Positions 1 through 7,366 of a stretch of DNA of 32,000 nt are shown piece by piece. This DNA is from Mycolicibacterium smegmatis (lineage in GTDB: Bacteria; Actinomycetota; Actinomycetes; Mycobacteriales; Mycobacteriaceae). How positions within the stretch are numbered: position 1 is the first letter of the stretch; each line of letters opens with the position of its first letter. The DNA is taken from positions 6,090,001-6,122,000 of the forward strand of contig NZ_LN831039.1 of NCBI RefSeq assembly GCF_001457595.1, given 5' to 3'. The translations under genes and the position numbers were made by a program. The notes under the pieces were generated by a model. It made no database searches, was not told the origin of the DNA, and saw only the letters and a program-made list of their open reading frames with translations.

Positions 1-1
1 T

Positions 2-109
2 ATCGACTTCGACACCGTGCGAGGCAACTCCTATGTCCGGCTGTCGTTCGCGGGCCCGACGCACGACATCGAGGAGGCGCTGCGGCGCATCGGGCCCTGG
101 CTCGGCTAG
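2..109 (+). CDS. 3' end of an aminotransferase-like gene (partial, 5' end outside the window)
   Basis: The frame is open from the window edge to TAG at 107-109. The tail ...GNSYVRLSFAGPTHDIEEALRRIGPWLG resembles the C-terminus of class I/II PLP aminotransferases. Only 35 codons are visible. Confidence 0.4.
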   Translation: MDFDTVRGNSYVRLSFAGPTHDIEEALRRIGPWLG

Positions 110-117
110 TTACCGGC

Positions 118-1404
118 TTAAAGTCCTGTGGCCGAACGTCTCCGGCGCGAGATCGCGTCCACACCCGCGGCCAGCAGCAGCACGCCACCGGTGACCAGGA
201 AGTTGATGTAGGACGACTGGTTGAGCAGGCCCAGCCCGTTGGCGATGGTCGCGACCACCACGCCACCGATCACCGCGTCGAGGGCGCGGCCCTTACCGCC
301 GAACAGGCTGGTGCCACCGATCACGGCCGCGCCCACCGCGTACAGCAGCGTGTTGCCCGCGCCCGAGGATGCCGACACCTTGCCCGCGTACGACGCCGCG
401 ATGATTCCGCTCAGTGCCGCGAGCGACGAGCACGCGATGAACGCCGTAACCCTGATGCGGTCCACCGAGATACCCGCGCGGCGCGCGGCCTCGGCGTTGC
501 CGCCGACGGCGTAGATGTGCCTGCCGTACGCCGTGCGGCGCAGCAGCACCGTCATTCCGATGAGCAACAGCAGGATCAGCGGCAGCACATAAGGGATGCC
601 GCGGATCTCCACGCGAGGATTCACGCTGCGGTTGACGCTGAGCACGAACGTCACACCGAGAACCACGACGGCCACGGCGATCGCGCGGGCGACCACCACA
701 CCGAGCGGCGAATGCGTCAGCTGCAGGGCCTTCTTGCGTCGGTAGTTGTAGATCTCCAGGCCCGCGAACGCGAGCACCACCACCAGCGCGATCGTCCAGC
801 CCACGGCCACAGGAAGATTCGCGATCGTGAGCCCGCGGATCACCGGGTTGTCGACGCGGACCGAACCGCCCTCACCGATGAGTTTGAGCGTCACGCCCTG
901 CAACCCGAGGAAGAACGCCAGGGTGACGACGAACGACGGGATACCGAGTTTGGCGCGCAGCACGCCGATGATCAGGCCGATCACGGCGCCACAGGCGATG
1001 GCGACCAGCACCGCGGCCCACCACGGCCAGCCCAGGTTCACCACGGCCAGCGCCATCGCACACGCCGCCACACCGCCTGCCACACCGGCGGACAAATCGA
1101 TGTCGCCGAGCAGCAGGACGAACACCAGACCCATCGCGAGCACACAGATGGATCCGGCCTGGGTGATGAGGTTGGCCAGGTTCAGCGCCGACAGGAAGCG
1201 GTCGTTGGCCAGGCCGAACACGACGAACAGCACGACCAGACCAAGGACGGCGGGCAGCGAGCCCATGTCGCCGCCCCGCACGCGCTGGGCGTAGCTGCGG
1301 ACCGCGTCGCCGAACGTCTGATCGGACCTGGTGTCGCCGGCGAAGCCGCCGGCGTCGGGTTGTTCACTGGCAGTTGGTTTCTCAGATGGTGCCTGAATGC
1401 TCAT
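118..1404 (-). CDS. xylH: Sugar (xylose-type, CUT2 family) ABC transporter permease
   Basis: ORF-track frame 118..1950 trimmed to the ATG at 1404 (MSIQAPSEK...); the 182 codons upstream are Arg/Pro-rich shadow sequence overlapping xylG. The protein is multi-TM and hydrophobic, with the pattern LANDRFLSALNLANLITQAGSICVLAMGLVFVLLLGDIDLSAGV typical of XylH/RbsC permeases. It is the last gene of the xylA-F-G-H string. Confidence 0.85.
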   Translation of the reverse strand: MSIQAPSEKPTASEQPDAGGFAGDTRSDQTFGDAVRSYAQRVRGGDMGSLPAVLGLVVLFVVFGLANDRFLSALNLANLITQAGSICVLAMGLVFVLLLGDIDLSAGVAGGVAACAMALAVVNLGWPWWAAVLVAIACGAVIGLIIGVLRAKLGIPSFVVTLAFFLGLQGVTLKLIGEGGSVRVDNPVIRGLTIANLPVAVGWTIALVVVLAFAGLEIYNYRRKKALQLTHSPLGVVVARAIAVAVVVLGVTFVLSVNRSVNPRVEIRGIPYVLPLILLLLIGMTVLLRRTAYGRHIYAVGGNAEAARRAGISVDRIRVTAFIACSSLAALSGIIAASYAGKVSASSGAGNTLLYAVGAAVIGGTSLFGGKGRALDAVIGGVVVATIANGLGLLNQSSYINFLVTGGVLLLAAGVDAISRRRRSATGL

Positions 1405-1445
1405 CTCGCGGTCTTTCGAATTCGTATCGGTGTTCACAACCGCTC

Positions 1446-2225
1446 TCACATCGACTCGGCGGCCTCGGCGGGCGCGAGACCGAGATTGCCCGAACGGCCC
1501 GCGGTGATCAGTTCGACCACCTGACCGTGCGTCACGTCGGCCGCGGGTACGTCGGCGGCGACGCGGCCGAGGTACAGCGCGCAGATGCGGTCGGCGACGT
1601 CGAAGACGTCGTTCATGTTGTGCGAGATCAGCACAACGCCGAGGCCCTGGCCGGCGAGGCGGCGGACGAGGTCGATCACCTGACGTGTCTGTGCGACGCC
1701 GAGTGCCGCCGTCGGCTCGTCGAGCAGGACCACCTTGGAGTTCCACAGCACGGACTTGGCGATGGCCACCGTCTGGCGCTGCCCGCCGGACAGGCTCGAC
1801 ACCGGCTGGCGCACGGAGTTCACCGTGCGCACCGACAGCGATTTCAGCGCATCGCGCGCCATGGTCTCCATGCGCGCCTCGTCGAGCATGCCGCGGACTT
1901 TGATCTCCCGTCCGAGGAACATGTTCTCGACGATGTCGAGGTTGTCGCACAACGCGAGGTCCTGATACACCACCTCGATGCCGAGCGCCGAGACGTCGTT
2001 GGGCGTACGCACCGTCACCGGTTTGCCCTCGAACAGGTAGGTGCCCGAATCGATGGGGTGGATGCCCGCGATCGCCTTCACCAGCGTCGACTTACCGGCG
2101 CCGTTATCGCCGACGAGCGCGGTCACCTGCCCCGGATATACCCGGAAGTCCACGTCGTGGAGAACGTGTACGACACCGAAACTCTTGTTGACGCGTTGTA
2201 ATTCGAGAATCGGCTCTGGCGTCAT
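1446..2225 (-). CDS. xylG: Sugar ABC transporter ATP-binding protein (single nucleotide-binding domain)
   Basis: Walker A GDNGAGKST, signature LSGGQRQ and Walker B VVLLDEPTA are present. ATG at 2225 lies 3 nt after the xylF stop. At 259 aa it has one NBD, not the duplicated NBD of E. coli XylG. Confidence 0.9.
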   Translation of the reverse strand: MTPEPILELQRVNKSFGVVHVLHDVDFRVYPGQVTALVGDNGAGKSTLVKAIAGIHPIDSGTYLFEGKPVTVRTPNDVSALGIEVVYQDLALCDNLDIVENMFLGREIKVRGMLDEARMETMARDALKSLSVRTVNSVRQPVSSLSGGQRQTVAIAKSVLWNSKVVLLDEPTAALGVAQTRQVIDLVRRLAGQGLGVVLISHNMNDVFDVADRICALYLGRVAADVPAADVTHGQVVELITAGRSGNLGLAPAEAAESM

Positions 2226-2228
2226 CGC

Positions 2229-3308
2229 TCAGACTCCTGCCGCGGAGCACATCGCCGCGAACTGTCCCGAGCACACCTCGTCCTTGGACTGTCCGCCGTC
2301 GTCGAACACGACGTTGATGTTGTCCTTGGTGATCGACTTGGGCGTCAGCAGCACCGACGGGACATCACGGCCGCCGGTGTCGTCGCGGCTGGTGCTGGTG
2401 GTCTTGGGGTCCTCGCCGTTGACGAGTGCGATCGCGGCATCGGCGAGCGCGTTGGCCTCCTCGGTGGCCGACTTGTAGACGGTCATGCACTGCGTTCCGG
2501 CGAGGATGTTCTGCAGCCCTTCGACGGTCGCGTCCTGGCCCGTGACGGGGACCTGACCGGCGCGCTTGTTCTTCTCGAGGATCGAGATGACCGAGCCGGC
2601 GAGACCGTCGTTGGCCGCGTACACGCCGTCGACGCGGCCGTCGGCGGCGGTGTAGAGCTGTTCGAAGATGCTCACGGCCTGGTCGTTGTCCCAATCAGGT
2701 ACCGCCTGCTCGCCGACGATCGTGATGTTCGGCGCCTTGTCGACCACCGAGTGTGCGCCGCCGCTGAACAACGTCGCGTTGTTGTCGGTGGGCGAGCCGT
2801 TGAGGAACACCACGTTGGCCGGCCGGTCGCCGAGGCAGTCGACGAGTCCCTGCCCTTGCAGCTCACCGACTTTCGTGTTGTCGAACGACACGTAGACATC
2901 GGCCGAGCCGCCGAGCGTGAGCCGGTCGTAGTCGATGGTCTTCACGCCCTGGGTCGCGGCCTTCTCCTGGATGGAGGCGCCGCTGTCGGAGTCGAGGTTG
3001 ACGATCGCGAGCACCGTGACCCCGTCGGCGATCATGCCGTCGGCGATGGTGGCCATGGTGTCGGCGGAGCCTTCGGCGTTCTGGATCGTGTAGTCCACGC
3101 CGGCTTTCTTGAACGCGGCCTCGAGGGCGGGCCGGTCCTTGGTCTCCCAGCGGACCGACGATTTGGTGTCCGGCAGGATGACGCCGATCTTGCCGCCCGA
3201 ACCGCCTTCCGCGGATCCGGCGTTCGAACCCGAATCCGATCCACATGCGGTCAACGTCAGGCCGAGGCCGACGACTGCGGTGACGAGCAGGGTGCTGGTG
3301 CGCTTCAC
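2229..3308 (-). CDS. xylF: D-xylose-binding periplasmic-type lipoprotein (ABC substrate-binding protein)
   Basis: GTG start at 3308 is preceded by GGAGGA with 7 nt spacing. Signal peptide with lipobox LTLTAC. Strong resemblance to XylF (KIGVILPD...RWETKDRPALEAAFKKAG...YVSFDNTKVGELQGQGLVD). Confidence 0.9.
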   Translation of the reverse strand: MKRTSTLLVTAVVGLGLTLTACGSDSGSNAGSAEGGSGGKIGVILPDTKSSVRWETKDRPALEAAFKKAGVDYTIQNAEGSADTMATIADGMIADGVTVLAIVNLDSDSGASIQEKAATQGVKTIDYDRLTLGGSADVYVSFDNTKVGELQGQGLVDCLGDRPANVVFLNGSPTDNNATLFSGGAHSVVDKAPNITIVGEQAVPDWDNDQAVSIFEQLYTAADGRVDGVYAANDGLAGSVISILEKNKRAGQVPVTGQDATVEGLQNILAGTQCMTVYKSATEEANALADAAIALVNGEDPKTTSTSRDDTGGRDVPSVLLTPKSITKDNINVVFDDGGQSKDEVCSGQFAAMCSAAGV

Positions 3309-3360
3309 GTGAAACTCCTCCGGCTGGTCTGGTTGCCTTCGCTTCTCGGGTGTCCGCCGA

Positions 3361-4584
3361 TCATCGCGCGCCCATCAGGTGTTCGATGGCCAACTGCTGC
3401 AATGCGACGAAACCGCAACCCTTGCCGCCGAAATAGGCCTCACTGTCGAACTCCTCGAAGGCCGAGCGGTCGGCCAACAGGTCGTGGTACGTCTCGCCCG
3501 GCGCGAGCGTCGGCTGCCGCAATTCGGCCACCTTGGCCGCCGCCATCGCCTCACGCACCGCGGGATCGGCGCGGAACGCCTCGGCGCGCTGCTTGAGCAG
3601 CAGGTACATCCGCATGTTCGCGGCCGCCGAGGCCCACACACCGTCGATGTCCTCGGTGCGGCTGGGCTTGTAGTCGAAGTGCCGAGGACCCTCGTACGCC
3701 GGGGTGCCGTCGGGACCACCGTGTTCGAGCAGATCCACGAGCGCGAAGGCATTGGCCAGGTCGCCGTGCCCGAACACGAGGTCCTGGTCGAACTTGATGC
3801 CCCGCTGACCGTTGAGGTCGATGTGGAAGAGCTTGCCGCTGTACAGGGCCTGTGCGATGCCGTGCATGAAGTTCAGGCCGGACATCTGCTCGTGGCCGGT
3901 CTCGGGGTTCACCCCGACCATCTCCGGGCGGGCCAGGGTGTCGATGAATGCCAGCGCGTGCCCCACCGTGGGCAGCAGGATGTCGCCGCGCGGCTCGTTG
4001 GGCTTGGGTTCGATCGCGAAGCGCAACCCGCTGCCCTGGTCGATCACGTACTGGCACAACAGATCCATCGCTTCGCGGTAGCGCGCCAGCGCGGCCTGCA
4101 CGTCCTTGGCCGAGTCGTATTCGCTGCCCTCACGGCCGCCCCACAACACGAAGGTCTCGGCGCCGAGTTCGATGGCCAAATCGATGTTGCGCAGCACCTT
4201 GCGCAGCGCGAAACGCCGCACCGTGCGGTCGTTGCTGGTGAAACCGCCGTCCTTGAAGACGGGCTGGGTGAACAGGTTGGTCGTCACCATCGGGACCACC
4301 ATGCCGTTGGCCGACAACGCCGACGTCAACCGGTCGACCATCCGCCGCCGCTCGGTGTCGGAACTGCCGAACGCGAACAGGTCGTCATCGTGGAACGTCA
4401 GCCCGTACGCGCCGAGTTCGGCCAGTTTCTCGACGGCCTCCACGACGTCGAGCGCCGGGCGGGTGGCGACGCCGAACGGATCGTTTCCGTTCCAGCCGAT
4501 GGTCCAGAGGCCGAACGAGAAACGGTCCTCTCGCTTCGGGGTGAGCGGTTCGGTTGTGGAGACGTTCGACTCCAACACGGTCAT
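3361..4584 (-). CDS. xylA: Xylose isomerase (actinobacterial class I)
   Basis: ORF-track frame 3361..5295 trimmed to the ATG at 4584, which is preceded by GAGGAG with 7 nt spacing. Diagnostic blocks are present: [57 protein letters not shown] and FHIDLNGQ. Confidence 0.95.
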   Translation of the reverse strand: MTVLESNVSTTEPLTPKREDRFSFGLWTIGWNGNDPFGVATRPALDVVEAVEKLAELGAYGLTFHDDDLFAFGSSDTERRRMVDRLTSALSANGMVVPMVTTNLFTQPVFKDGGFTSNDRTVRRFALRKVLRNIDLAIELGAETFVLWGGREGSEYDSAKDVQAALARYREAMDLLCQYVIDQGSGLRFAIEPKPNEPRGDILLPTVGHALAFIDTLARPEMVGVNPETGHEQMSGLNFMHGIAQALYSGKLFHIDLNGQRGIKFDQDLVFGHGDLANAFALVDLLEHGGPDGTPAYEGPRHFDYKPSRTEDIDGVWASAAANMRMYLLLKQRAEAFRADPAVREAMAAAKVAELRQPTLAPGETYHDLLADRSAFEEFDSEAYFGGKGCGFVALQQLAIEHLMGAR

Positions 4585-4623
4585 GCGGATGCTCCTCATC
4601 GGGCGGAATTGAGGGTTGTATTT

Positions 4624-4640
4624 TGTTCTCTCGACGAACA
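4624..4640. promoter_or_regulatory. Candidate operator in the xylA / ROK-regulator divergent region (TGTTC-N7-GAACA)
   Basis: A 5-bp inverted repeat with a 7-nt spacer sits in the comparatively AT-rich 106-bp intergenic region between xylA (start 4584) and the ROK gene (start 4691). The arms are short, so the call is weak. Confidence 0.25.
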
Positions 4641-4690
4641 TAAGATGTGGTTCAAGACACGTCAAGGGTTGGATGTGAGGAGTCGTCGCG

Positions 4691-5872
4691 TTGGCAAACG
4701 GAACCCAGCAGAACCGGGCCGCTCGGGTCGGGACCAGCAACGATGATGTTCGACGGCGCAATCTGTCGAGCGTGCTCACGTTGGTGCACCGTCGTCGTTC
4801 GCTGAGCCGCGCGGACCTCACGCGCCATACCGGGTTGTCGCGGTCGACGACCAAGGACCTCGTCGAGGAACTCGTCGCGCTGGGCCTGGTCGACGAGTCC
4901 CCCGCGCCGTCGGTGTCGCAGGTGGGACGCCCCAGCCCCATCGTGCGGCCCAGCGACCGGGTGCTCGCGGTCGCCGTGACCCCCGAGGTCGACGCCGTCA
5001 CGGTCGGCCTGGTGTCACTGGGCGGTGCGGTCCTCGACGTCGTCCGCCACCCCACCGCGGGCATCCCCACGCCTTCCGACACGGTCGCGATTGCTGCCGA
5101 GGCGATCGGCGACATCCGCCGCAACCTGCGCGACGAGCAGGCGCTGACCGCGGTCGGCATGGCGGTGCCCGGTCTGGTGCACGGCCGCGCGTCGTTCGTG
5201 CAACTGGCACCCAACCTGGATTGGCACGACGTCGAGATCGGCGAGATGCTAAGCGCAGCAACAGGTTTACCTGTGTACGCCGGCAACGACGCCAACGTCG
5301 GAGCGATCGCCGAGCACCTCTTCGGCAGTCATCACGACGTCGAGGACCTCATCTACGTCAACGGCGGACCCAGTGGTATCGGCGCGGGGTTTGTCGTCGC
5401 GGGCGACCTGCTGCAGGGCGTTGCCGGCTATGCCGGCGAACTCGGGCACACGTTCGTCGGCGGGCAGCGCCTGTGCCACTGCGGCAGCACGGGATGCCTG
5501 GAGACCGAGGTGACCCAGGCGCCGCTCGCGGCCTTGCTGGACGATCTCGACGGTGCCGCGGGCGATGCCACCTCGGACTGCGCGGGACGCGACGAACTGC
5601 ACCGGCAGGCACGCGCGCTGGCGATCGCGCTCGGTACCGCGATCAACATGCTGAACCCGCGCCTGGTGGTGCTCGGCGGGTTCCTTCGGGTGTTCCCCGC
5701 GTTCGCGGCCGCGGTGCTGCGCGAGGAACTCGCGCGGCGGACCATGGCCGCGCCGTGCAGCCTGGTGCGGATCGTGCCCGCGACACTGGGACCCGACACG
5801 CTCATGATCGGTGCGGCCGAACTGGCGTTTGCACCCGTTCTCGCAGATCCGGGCGGTGTCGAGGCCGGTTGA
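4691..5872 (+). CDS. ROK-family transcriptional repressor, probable xylose-operon regulator
   Basis: TTG start at 4691. N-terminal winged-helix region ([47 protein letters not shown]) followed by a ROK sugar-kinase-like fold with the zinc motif [10 protein letters not shown]. The gene is divergent from xylA. Confidence 0.85.
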   Translation: MANGTQQNRAARVGTSNDDVRRRNLSSVLTLVHRRRSLSRADLTRHTGLSRSTTKDLVEELVALGLVDESPAPSVSQVGRPSPIVRPSDRVLAVAVTPEVDAVTVGLVSLGGAVLDVVRHPTAGIPTPSDTVAIAAEAIGDIRRNLRDEQALTAVGMAVPGLVHGRASFVQLAPNLDWHDVEIGEMLSAATGLPVYAGNDANVGAIAEHLFGSHHDVEDLIYVNGGPSGIGAGFVVAGDLLQGVAGYAGELGHTFVGGQRLCHCGSTGCLETEVTQAPLAALLDDLDGAAGDATSDCAGRDELHRQARALAIALGTAINMLNPRLVVLGGFLRVFPAFAAAVLREELARRTMAAPCSLVRIVPATLGPDTLMIGAAELAFAPVLADPGGVEAG

Positions 5873-5903
5873 ACGGACTTGATGCTCCTATTCGTGTTAC
5901 GGG

Positions 5904-7103
5904 TCAAGCGGCGCTGAGGTACTCGCGGTAGTTGGCGGCGAGGGTGTCGTCGCGTTTGAGTCCGCGTTCGAGGCGGGAGATGTCGTTGGGCCAGACGTCG
6001 AGGTGGTTGGCGACGGTGGTCAAGGTGATGTTCTTCGCTTGCCGGGCGGGTCGAAGGTCGCTGTAGTCGTCGATGGCGCAGGGTTGGCTGAGCAGGCGGA
6101 AGACTTCACGGGCAACGGCGCGTTTGAGCAGTCGGATGATCTCGATCTTGCTGCGACCGTTGGCCGTTTGACGGGCTACGTAGTCACGGGTGCGGGGATC
6201 GTTGGACATTCGAACCAACGCGATTCGGTAGAGCGCGTTGTTTGCTGTGCGGTCGCCACCGCGGGAGAGTCGGTGGCGGGTGGTCTTACCCGAAGAGGCG
6301 GGCACAGGCGCTGCGCCGCATAGGGCGGCGAAGGCGGCTTCGCTGCGCAGTCGGTGCGGGTTCATGCCGGCGGTGATCAGCAATGCGGCGGCGGTGTCGG
6401 GTCCGACACCGTGCGCGGCGCGCAGTCCGGGGTTCATCTGCTGGGTCAGGGTGTGGATCTGCTCGGTAAGTTCGTGTTCTTGGTGATGGAGGAACTGCGC
6501 ACGGTAGGCGAGGGCCTTCAACGCGGTGAGCACGGCGACGGCGGTGGGGTCGGTGTGAGCGGTGGGACGACAGCGAGCCAGTTCTTTGACCAGGCCTCTG
6601 GTGGTGTAGCGGCGGTAGCATTCCCGCAGTTCAGATGGTGCAGTTACCAACAGCGATTGAATCTGATTGGTGGCAGCGGTGTGGGCCTTAACAGCGCCTC
6701 GGCGGGCGGTCAGCAGCGCACTGAGGGCTAGGGTGCGTTCGTCTTTAGGGGCAGCCAGTCCGTGCCCGGACAACGCCGTGCGGGCTGCGGCGTAGGCATC
6801 CAGTGGGTCGGACTTGCCGCGGCGTCGGCGCGCAGCGCGGTCGGGCCGGTTGACCTCGACGACGTCGATGCCGCCGTCTTGCAGCGCCCGGGTCAGGCCG
6901 GCCCCATAGGAATTGGTGCCTTCCACCCCAGCAAGGGTGACCGTGCCGAAGCTCTGCGCCCATTTGACCGCAACGTAGTAACCCGATGGGCGGGTGGGAA
7001 ACTCAGCATCGCCGAGAGGTTTGCCCGTCTCAGACAAAGCGGCAAGGTGGATGGTGTCGAGGTGAGTATCGGCGCCGATGACGACGATCTGTGACGGTGT
7101 CAC
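5904..7103 (-). CDS. IS110-family transposase/recombinase (DEDD N-terminal domain plus Tnp C-terminal domain, with an extra C-terminal HTH-like tail)
   Basis: IVVIGADTHLDTIHLAAL matches the first Asp motif and AGVEGTNSYG the second. The C-terminal domain reads GVGPDTAAALLITAG...PASSGKTTRHRLSRGGDRTANNALYRIAL. The start is taken as the GTG at 7103 (VTPSQIVVIGADTH), preceded by GAAGGG. The upstream ATG at 7172 is an alternative. Confidence 0.9.
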   Translation of the reverse strand: MTPSQIVVIGADTHLDTIHLAALSETGKPLGDAEFPTRPSGYYVAVKWAQSFGTVTLAGVEGTNSYGAGLTRALQDGGIDVVEVNRPDRAARRRRGKSDPLDAYAAARTALSGHGLAAPKDERTLALSALLTARRGAVKAHTAATNQIQSLLVTAPSELRECYRRYTTRGLVKELARCRPTAHTDPTAVAVLTALKALAYRAQFLHHQEHELTEQIHTLTQQMNPGLRAAHGVGPDTAAALLITAGMNPHRLRSEAAFAALCGAAPVPASSGKTTRHRLSRGGDRTANNALYRIALVRMSNDPRTRDYVARQTANGRSKIEIIRLLKRAVAREVFRLLSQPCAIDDYSDLRPARQAKNITLTTVANHLDVWPNDISRLERGLKRDDTLAANYREYLSAA

Positions 7104-7119
7104 GATGGTGGTGCCCTTC

Positions 7120-7340
7120 TGCCGGTGTTCACCGGCGGTTGCGGTGTGACACCCGGTAGGGCGGGCAGACAAGACATTGAAGAGGGAACTGCCAGGCTCC
7201 TGATTAGGTCATGTCCGCTCTACCGGGGCTTATGGAGCAACCCACCCGCCACTGGTGGGACAGATCAAGTCAAGGACAACCCAGTAGGGCGTCAGTCAGT
7301 GCGAGGGTCACCACCAGCAGCGGACGGGCTGCCTCATTGT
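7120..7340 (-). ncRNA. Candidate IS110 bridge/guide RNA in the 5' non-coding arm (hypothetical)
   Basis: Non-coding DNA with lower GC lies immediately 5' of the recombinase. It contains hairpins GCCGGTG-TT-CACCGGC (7121-7136), CCCACC-N7-GGTGGG (7241-7259) and GCAGC-N6-GCTGC (7317-7332). The location matches where IS110-subgroup elements encode their bridge RNA. No covariance or expression evidence is available here. Confidence 0.3.
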
Positions 7341-7366
7341 CAACCGCGATCGGCTGAACAACATCA

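Larger units (their letters stand above)
5873..7366 (-). mobile_element. IS110-family insertion sequence (boundaries not resolved; these are maximal limits set by the flanking genes)
   Basis: It contains a single DEDD-type transposase gene. The non-coding tail 3' of the CDS is short (31 bp or less) and the non-coding arm 5' of the CDS is long (about 260 bp or less). The maximal size of about 1.49 kb fits the family. No clear terminal inverted repeats were found, as expected for IS110 elements. Confidence 0.6.

Noticed and set aside
3361-5295. N-terminal extensions of real genes as listed in the ORF track. Examples: 118..1950, 3361..5295, 8664..10670, 11338..12888, 13665..14594, 19366..20061, 20843..22027 and 21721..22989.
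   Set aside because: The extended parts overlap upstream genes or intergenic promoters and have shadow-frame composition. Internal starts with good Shine-Dalgarno spacing or start/stop coupling reproduce the expected N-termini of the protein families.
5867-5884. Imperfect direct repeat flanking the IS: GGTTGAACGGACTTGATG (5867-5884) and GGCTGAACAACATCAATG (7352-7369).
   Set aside because: Only 11 of 18 positions match. IS110 elements do not make long target duplications, and a match of this quality is expected by chance. It is not usable to set the element boundaries.
6003-7094. Antisense ORFs within the IS (6003..6323, 6354..6731, 6762..7094), considered as a possible hed-like host-expression-dependent gene as described for IS900.
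   Set aside because: They are three separate short frames with shadow-frame composition. No continuous ORF is positioned to be driven from outside the element.
7264-7271. 8-bp inverted match GACTTGAT (5876-5883, plus strand) / ATCAAGTC (7264-7271), considered as possible terminal inverted repeats or a guide-target match for the IS.
   Set aside because: A single 8-mer match between a 30-bp flank and a 260-bp arm on either strand is roughly a coin-flip by chance, and the extension beyond 8 bp is poor. It is kept only as a hint inside the bridge-RNA finding.
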